From NCBI GenBank assembly GCA_048940925.1, contig JBHLOC010000003.1, forward strand, positions 146,583 through 210,582: a DNA stretch of 64,000 nucleotides, in the 5' to 3' direction. A program made the translations under genes and the position numbers. Source of the DNA: Promethearchaeota archaeon. GTDB taxonomy: Archaea; Asgardarchaeota; Lokiarchaeia; Sigyniarchaeales; SOKP01. Below, one piece after another: positions 19,831 to 29,439 of this stretch. The notes under the pieces are model-generated. The model was not told the DNA's origin and ran no database searches. It saw nothing but the letters and a program-made list of their open reading frames with translations. Positions within the stretch are counted from its first letter, which is position 1, and each line of letters starts with the position of its first letter.

Positions 19831-21396
19831 TTATTCCTTTGATGAGATATAAAATCCTGAATCTGCTATATTGTTCGGATCAAATGATTCTTTAATCTTT
19901 CTAAGCCAAATGTGGTAATTTGACATATGAGGTCCAAATAACTCATGCATTCGTGTTCCTTCTACGAAAAAGGGTGCACCGAGATGCTTAAGCAAGTCCA
20001 ATTGGTTACTTTCTTCCATATATTCTGCCATTCCTTTAACGCTATTTTCATCTGTTTGATCAAACATAGTAGGTGATTCCATATGAAAAAAATGTCCTGA
20101 TTCATAAGACGTCATCCAAGTTCCTTCTCCAAAATCATTGGCTATTACTCCCTTATTAATATAATTTTTCTTTATAGGGATATTCGTTTTCGTACTGCGA
20201 AGACATACCGCTGCTGTGTCTGCAACACCCTTTGAGGACTGAAAACCTCCCGTTGCTATAAATCCATGTAATCCTAGATTAGAACGTAAAGCTTCAGCAT
20301 AAAAGATTGATTTAGGAGTATAGATTCTTCCAATAATGTTTTTTAACTTAAATTTTTGTAATAAATGTTCCATTACTTTTTGTTTGTAATTAAATTCTCC
20401 TTTTGTACGAGCGGCAATTAATACAACGATAGGAGCTTTCATACTCCCAATTGTTAGTTTATCCATTAGACTTTCAATAGAATTAGAAAAGATAGCCATT
20501 ACCGCAAAACCACTTAAATAACTACACATAAAAGAAATTTCTTCCTCTTCCACCCCTAACATTATCGATTCGAGCTTCTTAAAATTCCCACAATCCATTA
20601 CATATAATTTCATATAATTAGGAATATCAAAACCATAATTAGGAGAATATCCTTTAATATTATATTCTGTACTGCAAGGATAAGGAAAAAGTTTTATAGC
20701 TACTCGAGTAAACACTCCAATACCGGATTTTGCACCTGCCCAACCACGCATTATTCCCCTTAAACTTGGACCTGGACCATCACCATGATACCAATCTGAT
20801 CCCTTCTTAAGACCAAGAGAACCTAATCTTAAAACTTCTCCATCAGGTAATACCCACTCAACACCTAGTACATTACGGGCCGAATGTCCTGTTTGAGGGG
20901 AGGTAAAACCCGGACCATTCATTGAAGTATGACTCGCTAATGGAGAAACCATTGGTCCTGCACCAGGCATATGACAGTTAAGATTATATTTCATTAATTC
21001 TGCTTGTAGTTGTGCCCCACTTACATACGGTTCAATTACAGCATACAGGTTTTTCTCATCAATTTTGACTATTCTATTCATTCTGCGGAGGTCTAATATA
21101 ATAGAATTGTCTGTTGAAGGTTGATTCCAAGGACCAAGACCAGTGCTTTGAGCCTTGAATACAATTCCATATTTATTGCATAGTTTGACTATTTTCTGTA
21201 CTTCCTCAGTTGAACTTGGTAAAATTACTGCTTTGGGAACCGGGGAGAAGGGAATTGGTTTTTTACCATCCATATAATTAAAGATTTCCATGCACCAATT
21301 ATATGCATAGACATTAGTAATTACCTCCCCATCATTGATATTTTCGCTTCCAACGATTTTTTCGAAATCTATGTAGATCTCCTTATCAAGAACCAT
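19831..21396 (-). CDS. FAD-binding oxidoreductase (GlcD/VAO family)
   Basis: VILPSSTEEVQKIVK, LDLRRMNRI, LGVEWVLPDG, IKESFDPNNI. Confidence 0.9.
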   Translation of the reverse strand: MVLDKEIYIDFEKIVGSENINDGEVITNVYAYNWCMEIFNYMDGKKPIPFSPVPKAVILPSSTEEVQKIVKLCNKYGIVFKAQSTGLGPWNQPSTDNSIILDLRRMNRIVKIDEKNLYAVIEPYVSGAQLQAELMKYNLNCHMPGAGPMVSPLASHTSMNGPGFTSPQTGHSARNVLGVEWVLPDGEVLRLGSLGLKKGSDWYHGDGPGPSLRGIMRGWAGAKSGIGVFTRVAIKLFPYPCSTEYNIKGYSPNYGFDIPNYMKLYVMDCGNFKKLESIMLGVEEEEISFMCSYLSGFAVMAIFSNSIESLMDKLTIGSMKAPIVVLIAARTKGEFNYKQKVMEHLLQKFKLKNIIGRIYTPKSIFYAEALRSNLGLHGFIATGGFQSSKGVADTAAVCLRSTKTNIPIKKNYINKGVIANDFGEGTWMTSYESGHFFHMESPTMFDQTDENSVKGMAEYMEESNQLDLLKHLGAPFFVEGTRMHELFGPHMSNYHIWLRKIKESFDPNNIADSGFYISSKE

Positions 21397-22701
21397 CTAT
21401 ATTGCCTCCTCTGCTTTCTGTTTATAAGTTTTAATATCAAATCCAAGAGCGATTAGTATTAATTCACTGATATCATAAAATTTTAATTTAGAACCAGTTT
21501 CTTTAATTGCATCTTGCAAATTTGTTGAACAGAAAGGACACGTAGACGTAATTATATCTGCACCTGTATCTTCCGCTTCTTCTATTCTATTTTTTGCTAT
21601 TTTTAGTGCAAAGTCTGGAAAAGCAGATTTAACTCCAGCTCCAGCTCCACAACAATAAGAATATTCTTTAATTCTCTCCATCTCAACAAGATTTAATCCA
21701 GGTATTCTTCTGATAATATTTCGCGGGATTTCATAGATACCTTGTGAACCTGTTCTTTTAGGTTTAGGTGGAATATTAATAGACACTAAAGGCATTAAAT
21801 GTACGGTGTCACCATCCCATTCCTCATACTTTTCAGCATTTCTTCCTAAATGGCAGGGATCGTGATATGTGACCTTCAAAGGCACATCTTTTATAAAGTG
21901 TAACTGCTCTTTCTCAAGTAATTCATTAAAAAACTCTACTGTATGAAGAACACGAAATTTGTATTTTCTAAAGAGTGGGTAATCAACTTTAAACGTATCA
22001 TAACACCCAGCACAACTAAAAATTACCGTCTCTATTCCTTTTGATTCAATTACATCAAGATTTTTGTTGAGATACTCTCTAAAAGTATTAATATCTCCAG
22101 TCCTCAAAACAGGACTCCCGCAACAAAATTCTTCATGTTGTATAATATTAAAAGAGACTCCAGCAGCTTGCATAATCTTAACAGTTGCTAACGCTATTTC
22201 TTTCCTCCTATAAGATGATGTACATCCTACAAAATACAAGATTTTTGCATCTGGATCAAGTTGAATATCATCAGGGAGCCAATCCATTCTTTTTTCATGA
22301 GGCTCATTATACGGATTATTTATTTTTTTCACTGCATCAATGTATTGCTGTTGTTTAGGCATAGGACCATATCCGCTATCCACTAATTTTTCTCTTAGCT
22401 TCATGATAATTTCGAGTGGTTCTAAAGTATTTAAAAATTTACAAGCAACTGCGCAACCACCACATGCAGTACATTTATACACAATTTCCCGTAATTCTGG
22501 TGAGGGTTGTAACCTACCCATTTCTAAAGCTAAAGCTAAAATAATACGACCTCCAGCACTATATGCATGATAATTGTATAAATCTATGGATGGGCATATT
22601 GTTGCATATTTTTGGCTCTTGATTTGGAGTTGTGGTATCCACTTGCATATAGAGCAACGGAGACAGCGTTTGATCATTTGGTTGTATTCTTCTTCATTCA
22701 A
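21397..22701 (-). CDS. Fe-S oxidoreductase with CCG domains (GlcF/HdrD-like)
   Basis: CLRCSIC, CTACGGC, CCGSP, TYHDPCHLGR, CCGAGAG, CPFC. Confidence 0.9.
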   Translation of the reverse strand: MNEEEYNQMIKRCLRCSICKWIPQLQIKSQKYATICPSIDLYNYHAYSAGGRIILALALEMGRLQPSPELREIVYKCTACGGCAVACKFLNTLEPLEIIMKLREKLVDSGYGPMPKQQQYIDAVKKINNPYNEPHEKRMDWLPDDIQLDPDAKILYFVGCTSSYRRKEIALATVKIMQAAGVSFNIIQHEEFCCGSPVLRTGDINTFREYLNKNLDVIESKGIETVIFSCAGCYDTFKVDYPLFRKYKFRVLHTVEFFNELLEKEQLHFIKDVPLKVTYHDPCHLGRNAEKYEEWDGDTVHLMPLVSINIPPKPKRTGSQGIYEIPRNIIRRIPGLNLVEMERIKEYSYCCGAGAGVKSAFPDFALKIAKNRIEEAEDTGADIITSTCPFCSTNLQDAIKETGSKLKFYDISELILIALGFDIKTYKQKAEEAI

Positions 22702-22885
22702 AGAATAAAAGATCCCCTTTTATTTATCAAAATTGTTTAGTTTTAAATGATTACTCATTTATTCCTAGTGAAATAAAGTAATTATTAATTGAATAAAATT
22801 ATATCTATTAGTTTTTTCAATTATGATTCTTAAATAGGTATAAATATAAAACAAAGTAAAAAAAATATTAAAACGATTAGATAAT

Positions 22886-23761
22886 TTATTCAAGTTCTAG
22901 CAGTTTTTCCCAATATTCTTTAATACTCCAGATTTTATTGATTTTTATTTTAAAAGCAATTTTGCTAAGAATTTCTCTAATCATTTTTGATTGTAAATAG
23001 TGAAAATTAGGAGTAATTGCACAGATCATAAAAGTTTTAGTTTCATTATCAGAAACTCCTTTTTCAAACTTATCTACTAAGGCATAAACTTCTAGTAAAT
23101 CTCGTACAACTCTTATTGTGAATTGATTAGTTTCCAAAACTTCATCAAACTTATAAATTTTGATTAAAGAAGAATACAATTGAGAAGTAAGTGCTTTAAG
23201 ATTAAGCGATTGAATCTCGTTTATAGGGAAATAATTTTCTAACACTGGTCCAGTCTGATTATCCCAAACCAAATAAAATATATAAAAAAAATCAGCTCGA
23301 GAATGCCTTTTTAAAGAAGGTTCCTCAAATTTCAATATATCTTTTAATTCTTTTTCGATAAGCCTAGAGTCTTCAATTATTTTTTCATTATTTTTCACAG
23401 TTTTTTTTATTTTTTTCCTTAATTCTTTAGACTTAAATGGTTTGGTAATATAATCATCAGCTCCTAATAATTTTCCAAACCTTACATCATCTGGTTCAGT
23501 TTTGCCTGATAGAAAAAAGAATGGTATCATTGACCATTCTAAGTTTTCAGCCACTTTCATGTAGAAATCATACCCATCCATTTCTGGCATTAATATATCA
23601 CTGATTATAAGATCTGGCAGTATTTCGAGATCAGAAAGAATTTCTAAACCTTCTTTCCCATTTGAAGCAGAGATTAAATTAAAATCATTCATTTCCAAAT
23701 AGATTTTTAAGTTTCGGGCCAGAATTTTGTCATCTTCAACTATTAAAACAAAAGGCTCCAT
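22886..23761 (-). CDS. Response regulator receiver domain fused to a longin/uDENN-like domain
   Basis: REC: LIVEDD, DLIISDILMPEMDG, FLSG, ITKPF. The C-terminal domain begins YIFYLVWDNQTGPVLENYFP. Confidence 0.8.
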   Translation of the reverse strand: MEPFVLIVEDDKILARNLKIYLEMNDFNLISASNGKEGLEILSDLEILPDLIISDILMPEMDGYDFYMKVAENLEWSMIPFFFLSGKTEPDDVRFGKLLGADDYITKPFKSKELRKKIKKTVKNNEKIIEDSRLIEKELKDILKFEEPSLKRHSRADFFYIFYLVWDNQTGPVLENYFPINEIQSLNLKALTSQLYSSLIKIYKFDEVLETNQFTIRVVRDLLEVYALVDKFEKGVSDNETKTFMICAITPNFHYLQSKMIREILSKIAFKIKINKIWSIKEYWEKLLELE

Positions 23762-23890
23762 AACAAATATCTCATTTAACTAGCATTATAATTCTATGAC
23801 GCCTCTATAATAAAAGAATCCATATTTAATATTTATGAAAAGGAAGATCTTTAAAAAACTCTGATTCTAATATGAATTATAAAAATTTAA

Positions 23891-25354
23891 TTAGGTATCA
23901 AAACATAAAACTCCCGGATTTAATATATTATTAGGGTCAAAGATCTTTTTTACTTTTTTCAAAGCTATTTGGGTCGAATCTTGATGTCGTTTAAAGACTT
24001 CTTTTGCCCAAAGACCATAGGGTCTATTAAAAAAAGCACCAGAATCCATCAATTTAATACTGGCTTCTAGGAATTTTTCCTTAGCATTCATAATATCTTG
24101 TTTGTCAAATGGATTATAGAAAATATCAAATTCACAGTGATATGATGTTCCTTGATTGATTGGTTGGATATATATTCCTAAATTAAGAGGGATTAATTTT
24201 TCCATAATTGAGATAAATTCTGGTATTTTTTCAAAGTTAGATATAAAGAATATATCTTGATATCCTCCACTTAATCTTAACTTCCAAGGATTTATATCTG
24301 CTTGATTTAGAAAATTTAAAATAATGTCATTATTAAGGATATTATCTTTTTTCAAAATTGATATATTTTTTTCTTTCATTATATCCCTAATATCTTCTTC
24401 TAGATATGAGATTTTTTCTTTCGCAAATTTACCCCTTCCTGATAATACAAAAATTAAATTCCACTTAGGTAAACTATCAGCTAATTCTATGATATCACTC
24501 GAATCTTGCTTAACTAAGCAAGCTAAATTTAAATTATTTAAAATTAGTAATTCATCACATAAACGAAATTTTAGCAATTCAAATTGAAGGTTCAACAACT
24601 CTTGAATAGTATCTAAATAGATATGATGTACTTCTTGAATAGAAGGAAGTAATTCTAATTTTAATGTAGCCCATGTTACAATCCCTATACTACCTTGTGC
24701 TCCTTGAATAACCCTAAATGGACTAAATTGAGTGGGTCCCATAGGGTTTACCTGAGCTTGTCCTGCTCTTCTCTGTTGTTTTATACTACCTGGACCTGCT
24801 GCAGTTCCTGTTCTAAATAATTCACCATTTCCAAAAATTACTTCTGTACATAACAATGGATCCGAACTATCCCACATATAACGGGGAATTATTACAGGTT
24901 CTCTTTCGAGTGCAGCAGTGAGTACAGATTTCGATGCTCTTGGATGTAAAGGGATCATTAATTTTAATCCCTTTTTCTGAAGATATGGAATTAAATCACC
25001 AAAAGTCACACCAGGTTCTACCATAATTACTCTGTTTTTTCTGTCTACGTTTCGAATTTTAGTTAATTTAGAAAGATTCAATATAATGCAATTATCATTT
25101 CGGGGAATTGTATCTCCATGGTGCCGAGGACCAGATCTAGAACTTATAGGGATAACAGAAAAGTTTAAAGCATTAGCCAATTTCATAATATTTTCAATTT
25201 GGTAAACATTTTGTGGCCAGATGATATATTTAGGTGCTTTCTCAGGAAAAAAACTCAAATCCTTGGAAAAATTCTTTATAATCTGAGGATTATCTGAAAG
25301 ATTTTTTGAACCACAGATTTTAACTAGTTTTTGATAAATCTGCTCTTGATTCAT
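23891..25354 (-). CDS. FAD-binding oxidoreductase (GlcD/VAO family)
   Basis: VEPGVTF, GAQGSIGIVTW, KVKKIFDPNNILNPG. Confidence 0.9.
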   Translation of the reverse strand: MNQEQIYQKLVKICGSKNLSDNPQIIKNFSKDLSFFPEKAPKYIIWPQNVYQIENIMKLANALNFSVIPISSRSGPRHHGDTIPRNDNCIILNLSKLTKIRNVDRKNRVIMVEPGVTFGDLIPYLQKKGLKLMIPLHPRASKSVLTAALEREPVIIPRYMWDSSDPLLCTEVIFGNGELFRTGTAAGPGSIKQQRRAGQAQVNPMGPTQFSPFRVIQGAQGSIGIVTWATLKLELLPSIQEVHHIYLDTIQELLNLQFELLKFRLCDELLILNNLNLACLVKQDSSDIIELADSLPKWNLIFVLSGRGKFAKEKISYLEEDIRDIMKEKNISILKKDNILNNDIILNFLNQADINPWKLRLSGGYQDIFFISNFEKIPEFISIMEKLIPLNLGIYIQPINQGTSYHCEFDIFYNPFDKQDIMNAKEKFLEASIKLMDSGAFFNRPYGLWAKEVFKRHQDSTQIALKKVKKIFDPNNILNPGVLCFDT

Positions 25355-25503
25355 GATTAATTTACTTTAATTATAACCTATTTCTTCATAAAATACAGCA
25401 AACTATTAAGATATTCTCATAAAAAAAAACTAAATTTTATATAATTGATAAGTATTATTAAACAATTATATTTTTCAAAAAGTAATAAAAAAAGGAAATT
25501 CAC

Positions 25504-26907
25504 ATGAAAAAATATGATTTAATTATAGTTGGAGCTGGACCTGGGGGTTCTGTTGCTGCTAAAACCGCTGCAGAACGAGGTCTAAAAACGATTTTTTTTG
25601 AACGTGGTAGGAAACCTGGTGAAAAAAATTCTTCTGGTTGCGGATTAGGACCAAGAATGTTCAGAGACTTTCCTGAGATGATGAATGAGCTAACTCCAGA
25701 AAAATGTCCATCAATGAGAGAGGGACGTGCAGCGAGGAATTATTTCATTAATAAAGATGATATAGTAGCGGGTTATATAATGACTCGCCCAACCGAATCT
25801 GTATCATATGAACCAGCAAAAAGATGGATTACTATGAACATATATCGCAGTGAATTCGATCCTTGGATTTCTGAATTTGCAACAGATGCAGGAGCGGAAT
25901 TAAAAACATCAACTCTTATTGTGGATTTAATAAAAAATGAGGGAAAAGTATGTGGTGTAATCGATGAAAAAGGAGAGAAATATAGTGCTCCCCTTGTTAT
26001 TGGGGCAGATGGAGTCATATCAACTGTAGCACAAAAATCTGGATTGAGAAATAAATGGGCTCAAAATCAAGTTACATTAACACCCCAGTATGATTTTCAT
26101 GCATCTTCGGATAAAATCGATGATATTATGGGTGATGAAGCTCTTGCTATATGGTGGGGCTCAACTTTTCCGGCATCCTATCAAGTTTTTTTTAATGATG
26201 GTTTTCATCAAGGTTTAGGCAACTGGATGAATTGGTGGGATAAAAATCCATTATATTATTTGAATAGGGTAGTGAATTTAAAGTATTACCAGAGGTTATT
26301 GAAAATTCTTGGAGCTAAGCCGCGAGAACTTCAAGTACATTTACTTCCTTGGTTAGATTATCCATATAATACTCATACCGATGGAGTAATATTGATTGGA
26401 GATGCTGGGGGTTTTCCATGTCCTCTTGAGGCAGAAGGGATTTACCCTGCGATGATAACTGGAAAAATTGCTGCTGAAATAGCTGTCGAGAGTGTTACCT
26501 CGGGTGACGTTTCTAAAATAGCATTAAAAAAGTTTGATGAAGAATGGCAAAAAACAAGTATAGGAGAAGAGTTTGAAGCAGGGAAAGAGTTATGGACAAT
26601 TTGGGAAGCCTTACCATTCAAACCTAAAGAAACTATGTCGTGGTTTATTCCAATGATTATGGAAATTCTTGGTGGTATTTTTGATTGGTCCCAACCCCAT
26701 ACAAAACGTGTACGACAAATTGTGAGTCAAGTTAAATCGTATATGCCAAAAGCAACACCATTTATAATGACTTATGTGCTTCCTCTAGTTGCTAAGATTT
26801 TTGAAGATGATTTAGATAAAATATTAGATCCAAAGAAGATCATGAGAGTTTTACCTAAACTTATAGATATGCTACCACAGAAGAAAAAGAAAAGAGGTGG
26901 TAAATAA
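25504..26907 (+). CDS. FixC/geranylgeranyl-reductase family flavoprotein
   Basis: YDLIIVGAGPGG, GEKNSSG, IGADG, LIGDAGG. Confidence 0.85.
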   Translation: MKKYDLIIVGAGPGGSVAAKTAAERGLKTIFFERGRKPGEKNSSGCGLGPRMFRDFPEMMNELTPEKCPSMREGRAARNYFINKDDIVAGYIMTRPTESVSYEPAKRWITMNIYRSEFDPWISEFATDAGAELKTSTLIVDLIKNEGKVCGVIDEKGEKYSAPLVIGADGVISTVAQKSGLRNKWAQNQVTLTPQYDFHASSDKIDDIMGDEALAIWWGSTFPASYQVFFNDGFHQGLGNWMNWWDKNPLYYLNRVVNLKYYQRLLKILGAKPRELQVHLLPWLDYPYNTHTDGVILIGDAGGFPCPLEAEGIYPAMITGKIAAEIAVESVTSGDVSKIALKKFDEEWQKTSIGEEFEAGKELWTIWEALPFKPKETMSWFIPMIMEILGGIFDWSQPHTKRVRQIVSQVKSYMPKATPFIMTYVLPLVAKIFEDDLDKILDPKKIMRVLPKLIDMLPQKKKKRGGK

Positions 26908-26909
26908 AA

Positions 26910-27179
26910 ATGAATTTTGAATTAGATGGATTAACTAAAAGAATATTCGGTACAGGAGATTTTATTTCAATAGATTATAATAAATGTAATAATTGTGAGC
27001 GTTGTTTAATTATATGCGTAATGAATTTATGGAGAAAAAAAGATGGTATAATTCATATTGTTGACGATTACCAATCAAAGTGTTTAGAATGTGCAGCTTG
27101 TTATCAAGTTTGTGATAGTGGGGCAATTCAATTTCAATATCCTGCAGGAGGAACAGGGATAGTAATTGAAAAAGGTTAA
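26910..27179 (+). CDS. FixX-like ferredoxin
   Basis: CNNCERC...C, CLECAAC...C, FQYPAGGTG; starts 2 bp after the FixC-like gene. Confidence 0.85.
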   Translation: MNFELDGLTKRIFGTGDFISIDYNKCNNCERCLIICVMNLWRKKDGIIHIVDDYQSKCLECAACYQVCDSGAIQFQYPAGGTGIVIEKG

Positions 27180-27347
27180 AATCCCATTCAAATTCATTTT
27201 TTATCTCTTAAACTTATTAAGGAATAAGCAGAAATGAGAAGTGCTAAAAATCATATTAATGTTATGTTTTTTACATATAATCAAAGGATACAGTATAATT
27301 ATTAAAGAGTAAAATGAAGAATGAAGTAACACATCCAGAAAAAGGAA

Positions 27348-27911
27348 ATGAGCAATTTATCTAGATACCTATTTAGCCTTTCTATATTGGCTAGTAAAGA
27401 TGTTGGTAAAAAAATGTTAAGAAGATTTTTACCTAATACATCCCAACGGAGGACTGCTCATACTATTGGAGTTGAATTCTTCATTAAAGATATAGAAATT
27501 GCTGGTAAAAGTATAAGACTTACAATTCACTTATATTTCTATGAAGAGGAAGATTTACCTGATATAAAACATTCTCTAATAAGGAGTGCTGCTAACAATC
27601 AAGGAGTGTTATTATTGTACGATATCACCAACTTAAAATCGTTGACCATATTGTCTGAATGGTATAAATTGCTGAAAAAAAACGTAGAACGGGATATTCC
27701 TTTTTTCTTGGTAGGGAACAAAAAAGACTTAGAAGAACATCGAGAAGTATCTAAAGAGCACATAGAGAAATTTAAAGAAAAATGTGATATAACTACATCT
27801 ATGGAGATCTCTCTTAAAACGGGAGAAAATGTGGAAGAAATGTTTGTAGGAATAACAAGACTAATAATTACAATCCTTCATCCAGATTTAATACAAGAAC
27901 TAAATGAATGA
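27348..27911 (+). CDS. Rab/Ras-like small GTPase with degenerate G1 and G3
   Basis: TIGVEF, LLYDIT, LVGNKKDL, EISLKTGENVEEMF. G1 reads ASKDVGKK and G3 lacks DxxG. Confidence 0.85.
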   Translation: MSNLSRYLFSLSILASKDVGKKMLRRFLPNTSQRRTAHTIGVEFFIKDIEIAGKSIRLTIHLYFYEEEDLPDIKHSLIRSAANNQGVLLLYDITNLKSLTILSEWYKLLKKNVERDIPFFLVGNKKDLEEHREVSKEHIEKFKEKCDITTSMEISLKTGENVEEMFVGITRLIITILHPDLIQELNE

Positions 27912-28079
27912 AATTATACATAGAAATTGTAAGGTGTTGTTATTAATTCATTTTTATGTAAAGTCTTAGGAAAAATTCGATTGTTTTATAATGATGAAGT
28001 TCTTACTTTAAAATAAAGACAAAAGTAATATTAAAATTGACTAGAACTATTCTCCACTTCATAGGTACAGTGATTTCTA

Positions 28080-28430
28080 ATGTTAGAAGAAAATAATAAA
28101 GATAAAGAAGAGAAGTATTATTCTGGAAGAACCAATTTAGAAAAGATAGATCAAATCTTAAGTGATACTTCTTTAACAGCAGAAGAAAGAAAAAATCTCT
28201 TAGAGAAACACTTTTCTATGCTTGAGAAAGAAAGACCATCTGTTGGTTTCGATTTTCTTAAAAAACAACTCATGGAACGCAACTACATGAGATCTAAACA
28301 GATGGAGGATGATCAAACGACCAGAGCAATATTATATCTTACTTCACATATACGAAAATCACAATTTAACCATCTACTACCTACTAATACATTAATTTTT
28401 ATTTATAGTTCAATTGTAAATAAAATTTAA
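28080..28430 (+). CDS. Hypothetical protein
   Basis: ORF with a charged, coding-like N-terminal part; no recognisable motif. Confidence 0.45.
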   Translation: MLEENNKDKEEKYYSGRTNLEKIDQILSDTSLTAEERKNLLEKHFSMLEKERPSVGFDFLKKQLMERNYMRSKQMEDDQTTRAILYLTSHIRKSQFNHLLPTNTLIFIYSSIVNKI

Positions 28431-28494
28431 GAATTTTATTCAACTAGAAGTGAAAAATAGTTTATATTGCTTCTTGGGTTTTCTTTATTATGAT

Positions 28495-29376
28495 TTAGAT
28501 GATTACATTTAACTTAGTTTTTAACTCTTTATATCTAGACCTTAAGGTTACCTCAGTAACTCCTACAACATCTGAAATCTGTTCTTGAGTATAGCCACTA
28601 TTTTTAATCTTACAGGCGAGATAAATTGCTCCAGCACATATTCCTTTTGGATCCTTTCCACTTATAGAATATTTTAAACTATAACTTTTTAAGATATTTA
28701 CTGTTAATGTTTCTATTTCAGAATCCAATCCCAATTCCGTAATATAACGTGGAACTAAAGAAATTGGATTAGTAGATGTAGTTTTTAAGTTAAATTCTCT
28801 TACCAATACACTTAAGCTTCTTCTTATATCCTTTGCGTCAACAGAAGCTTCATCTAAAATTTCTTGAAGTGTTCTAGGAAATTTCTCCCTTCTACAAGCT
28901 AAATATAAACATGCCGCAACCATAGCATTTATAGATCTACCTCGTAATAATTTCCTCTTAAATGCTTCAATATAAAGCCGCATCGCATCTTCCTTGATAT
29001 GATTTGGTAAATTCATATTGCTAGCAATTCTTTTTAATTCAGTAGAAGCAATTAATAAATTCCTTTTTTGCCAAGTTATTCTAGTATTCCATTTAGCTGC
29101 TCTTTTTAAATCAGGATTACTAATTTTTTTCTTGTCTATCACTGTACTTAAACCCATGTCGGGTAATAAAATTGAAATTGGGGATCCTGTTTGCTCCCTT
29201 TTGGTTCTCTCCTGATTTGTATATGCCCTTTTTCCACTATGAGAAGTATCAACAATTCGATCATTAATAATTAATCCACATTGACCACAAACTGTCTCCC
29301 CTTTTTCCTCTATGAAAAGGATTGATCCTCCACATTCTGGACAAAAATTTTTATATTTAATTATATCTGAAATCAT
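28495..29376 (-). CDS. tfb: Transcription initiation factor IIB paralogue
   Basis: Zn ribbon CPECGG/CGQCG; cyclin repeats RGRSINAMVAACLYLACR, GKDPKGICAGAIY, VTEVTLRSRYKEL. Confidence 0.95.
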   Translation of the reverse strand: MISDIIKYKNFCPECGGSILFIEEKGETVCGQCGLIINDRIVDTSHSGKRAYTNQERTKREQTGSPISILLPDMGLSTVIDKKKISNPDLKRAAKWNTRITWQKRNLLIASTELKRIASNMNLPNHIKEDAMRLYIEAFKRKLLRGRSINAMVAACLYLACRREKFPRTLQEILDEASVDAKDIRRSLSVLVREFNLKTTSTNPISLVPRYITELGLDSEIETLTVNILKSYSLKYSISGKDPKGICAGAIYLACKIKNSGYTQEQISDVVGVTEVTLRSRYKELKTKLNVII

Positions 29377-29439
29377 AATCTTTATTCTAATTTATGAATA
29401 CTGTTAATTTTGAATTTAATTTTAAAAAATGTGTGTTTT

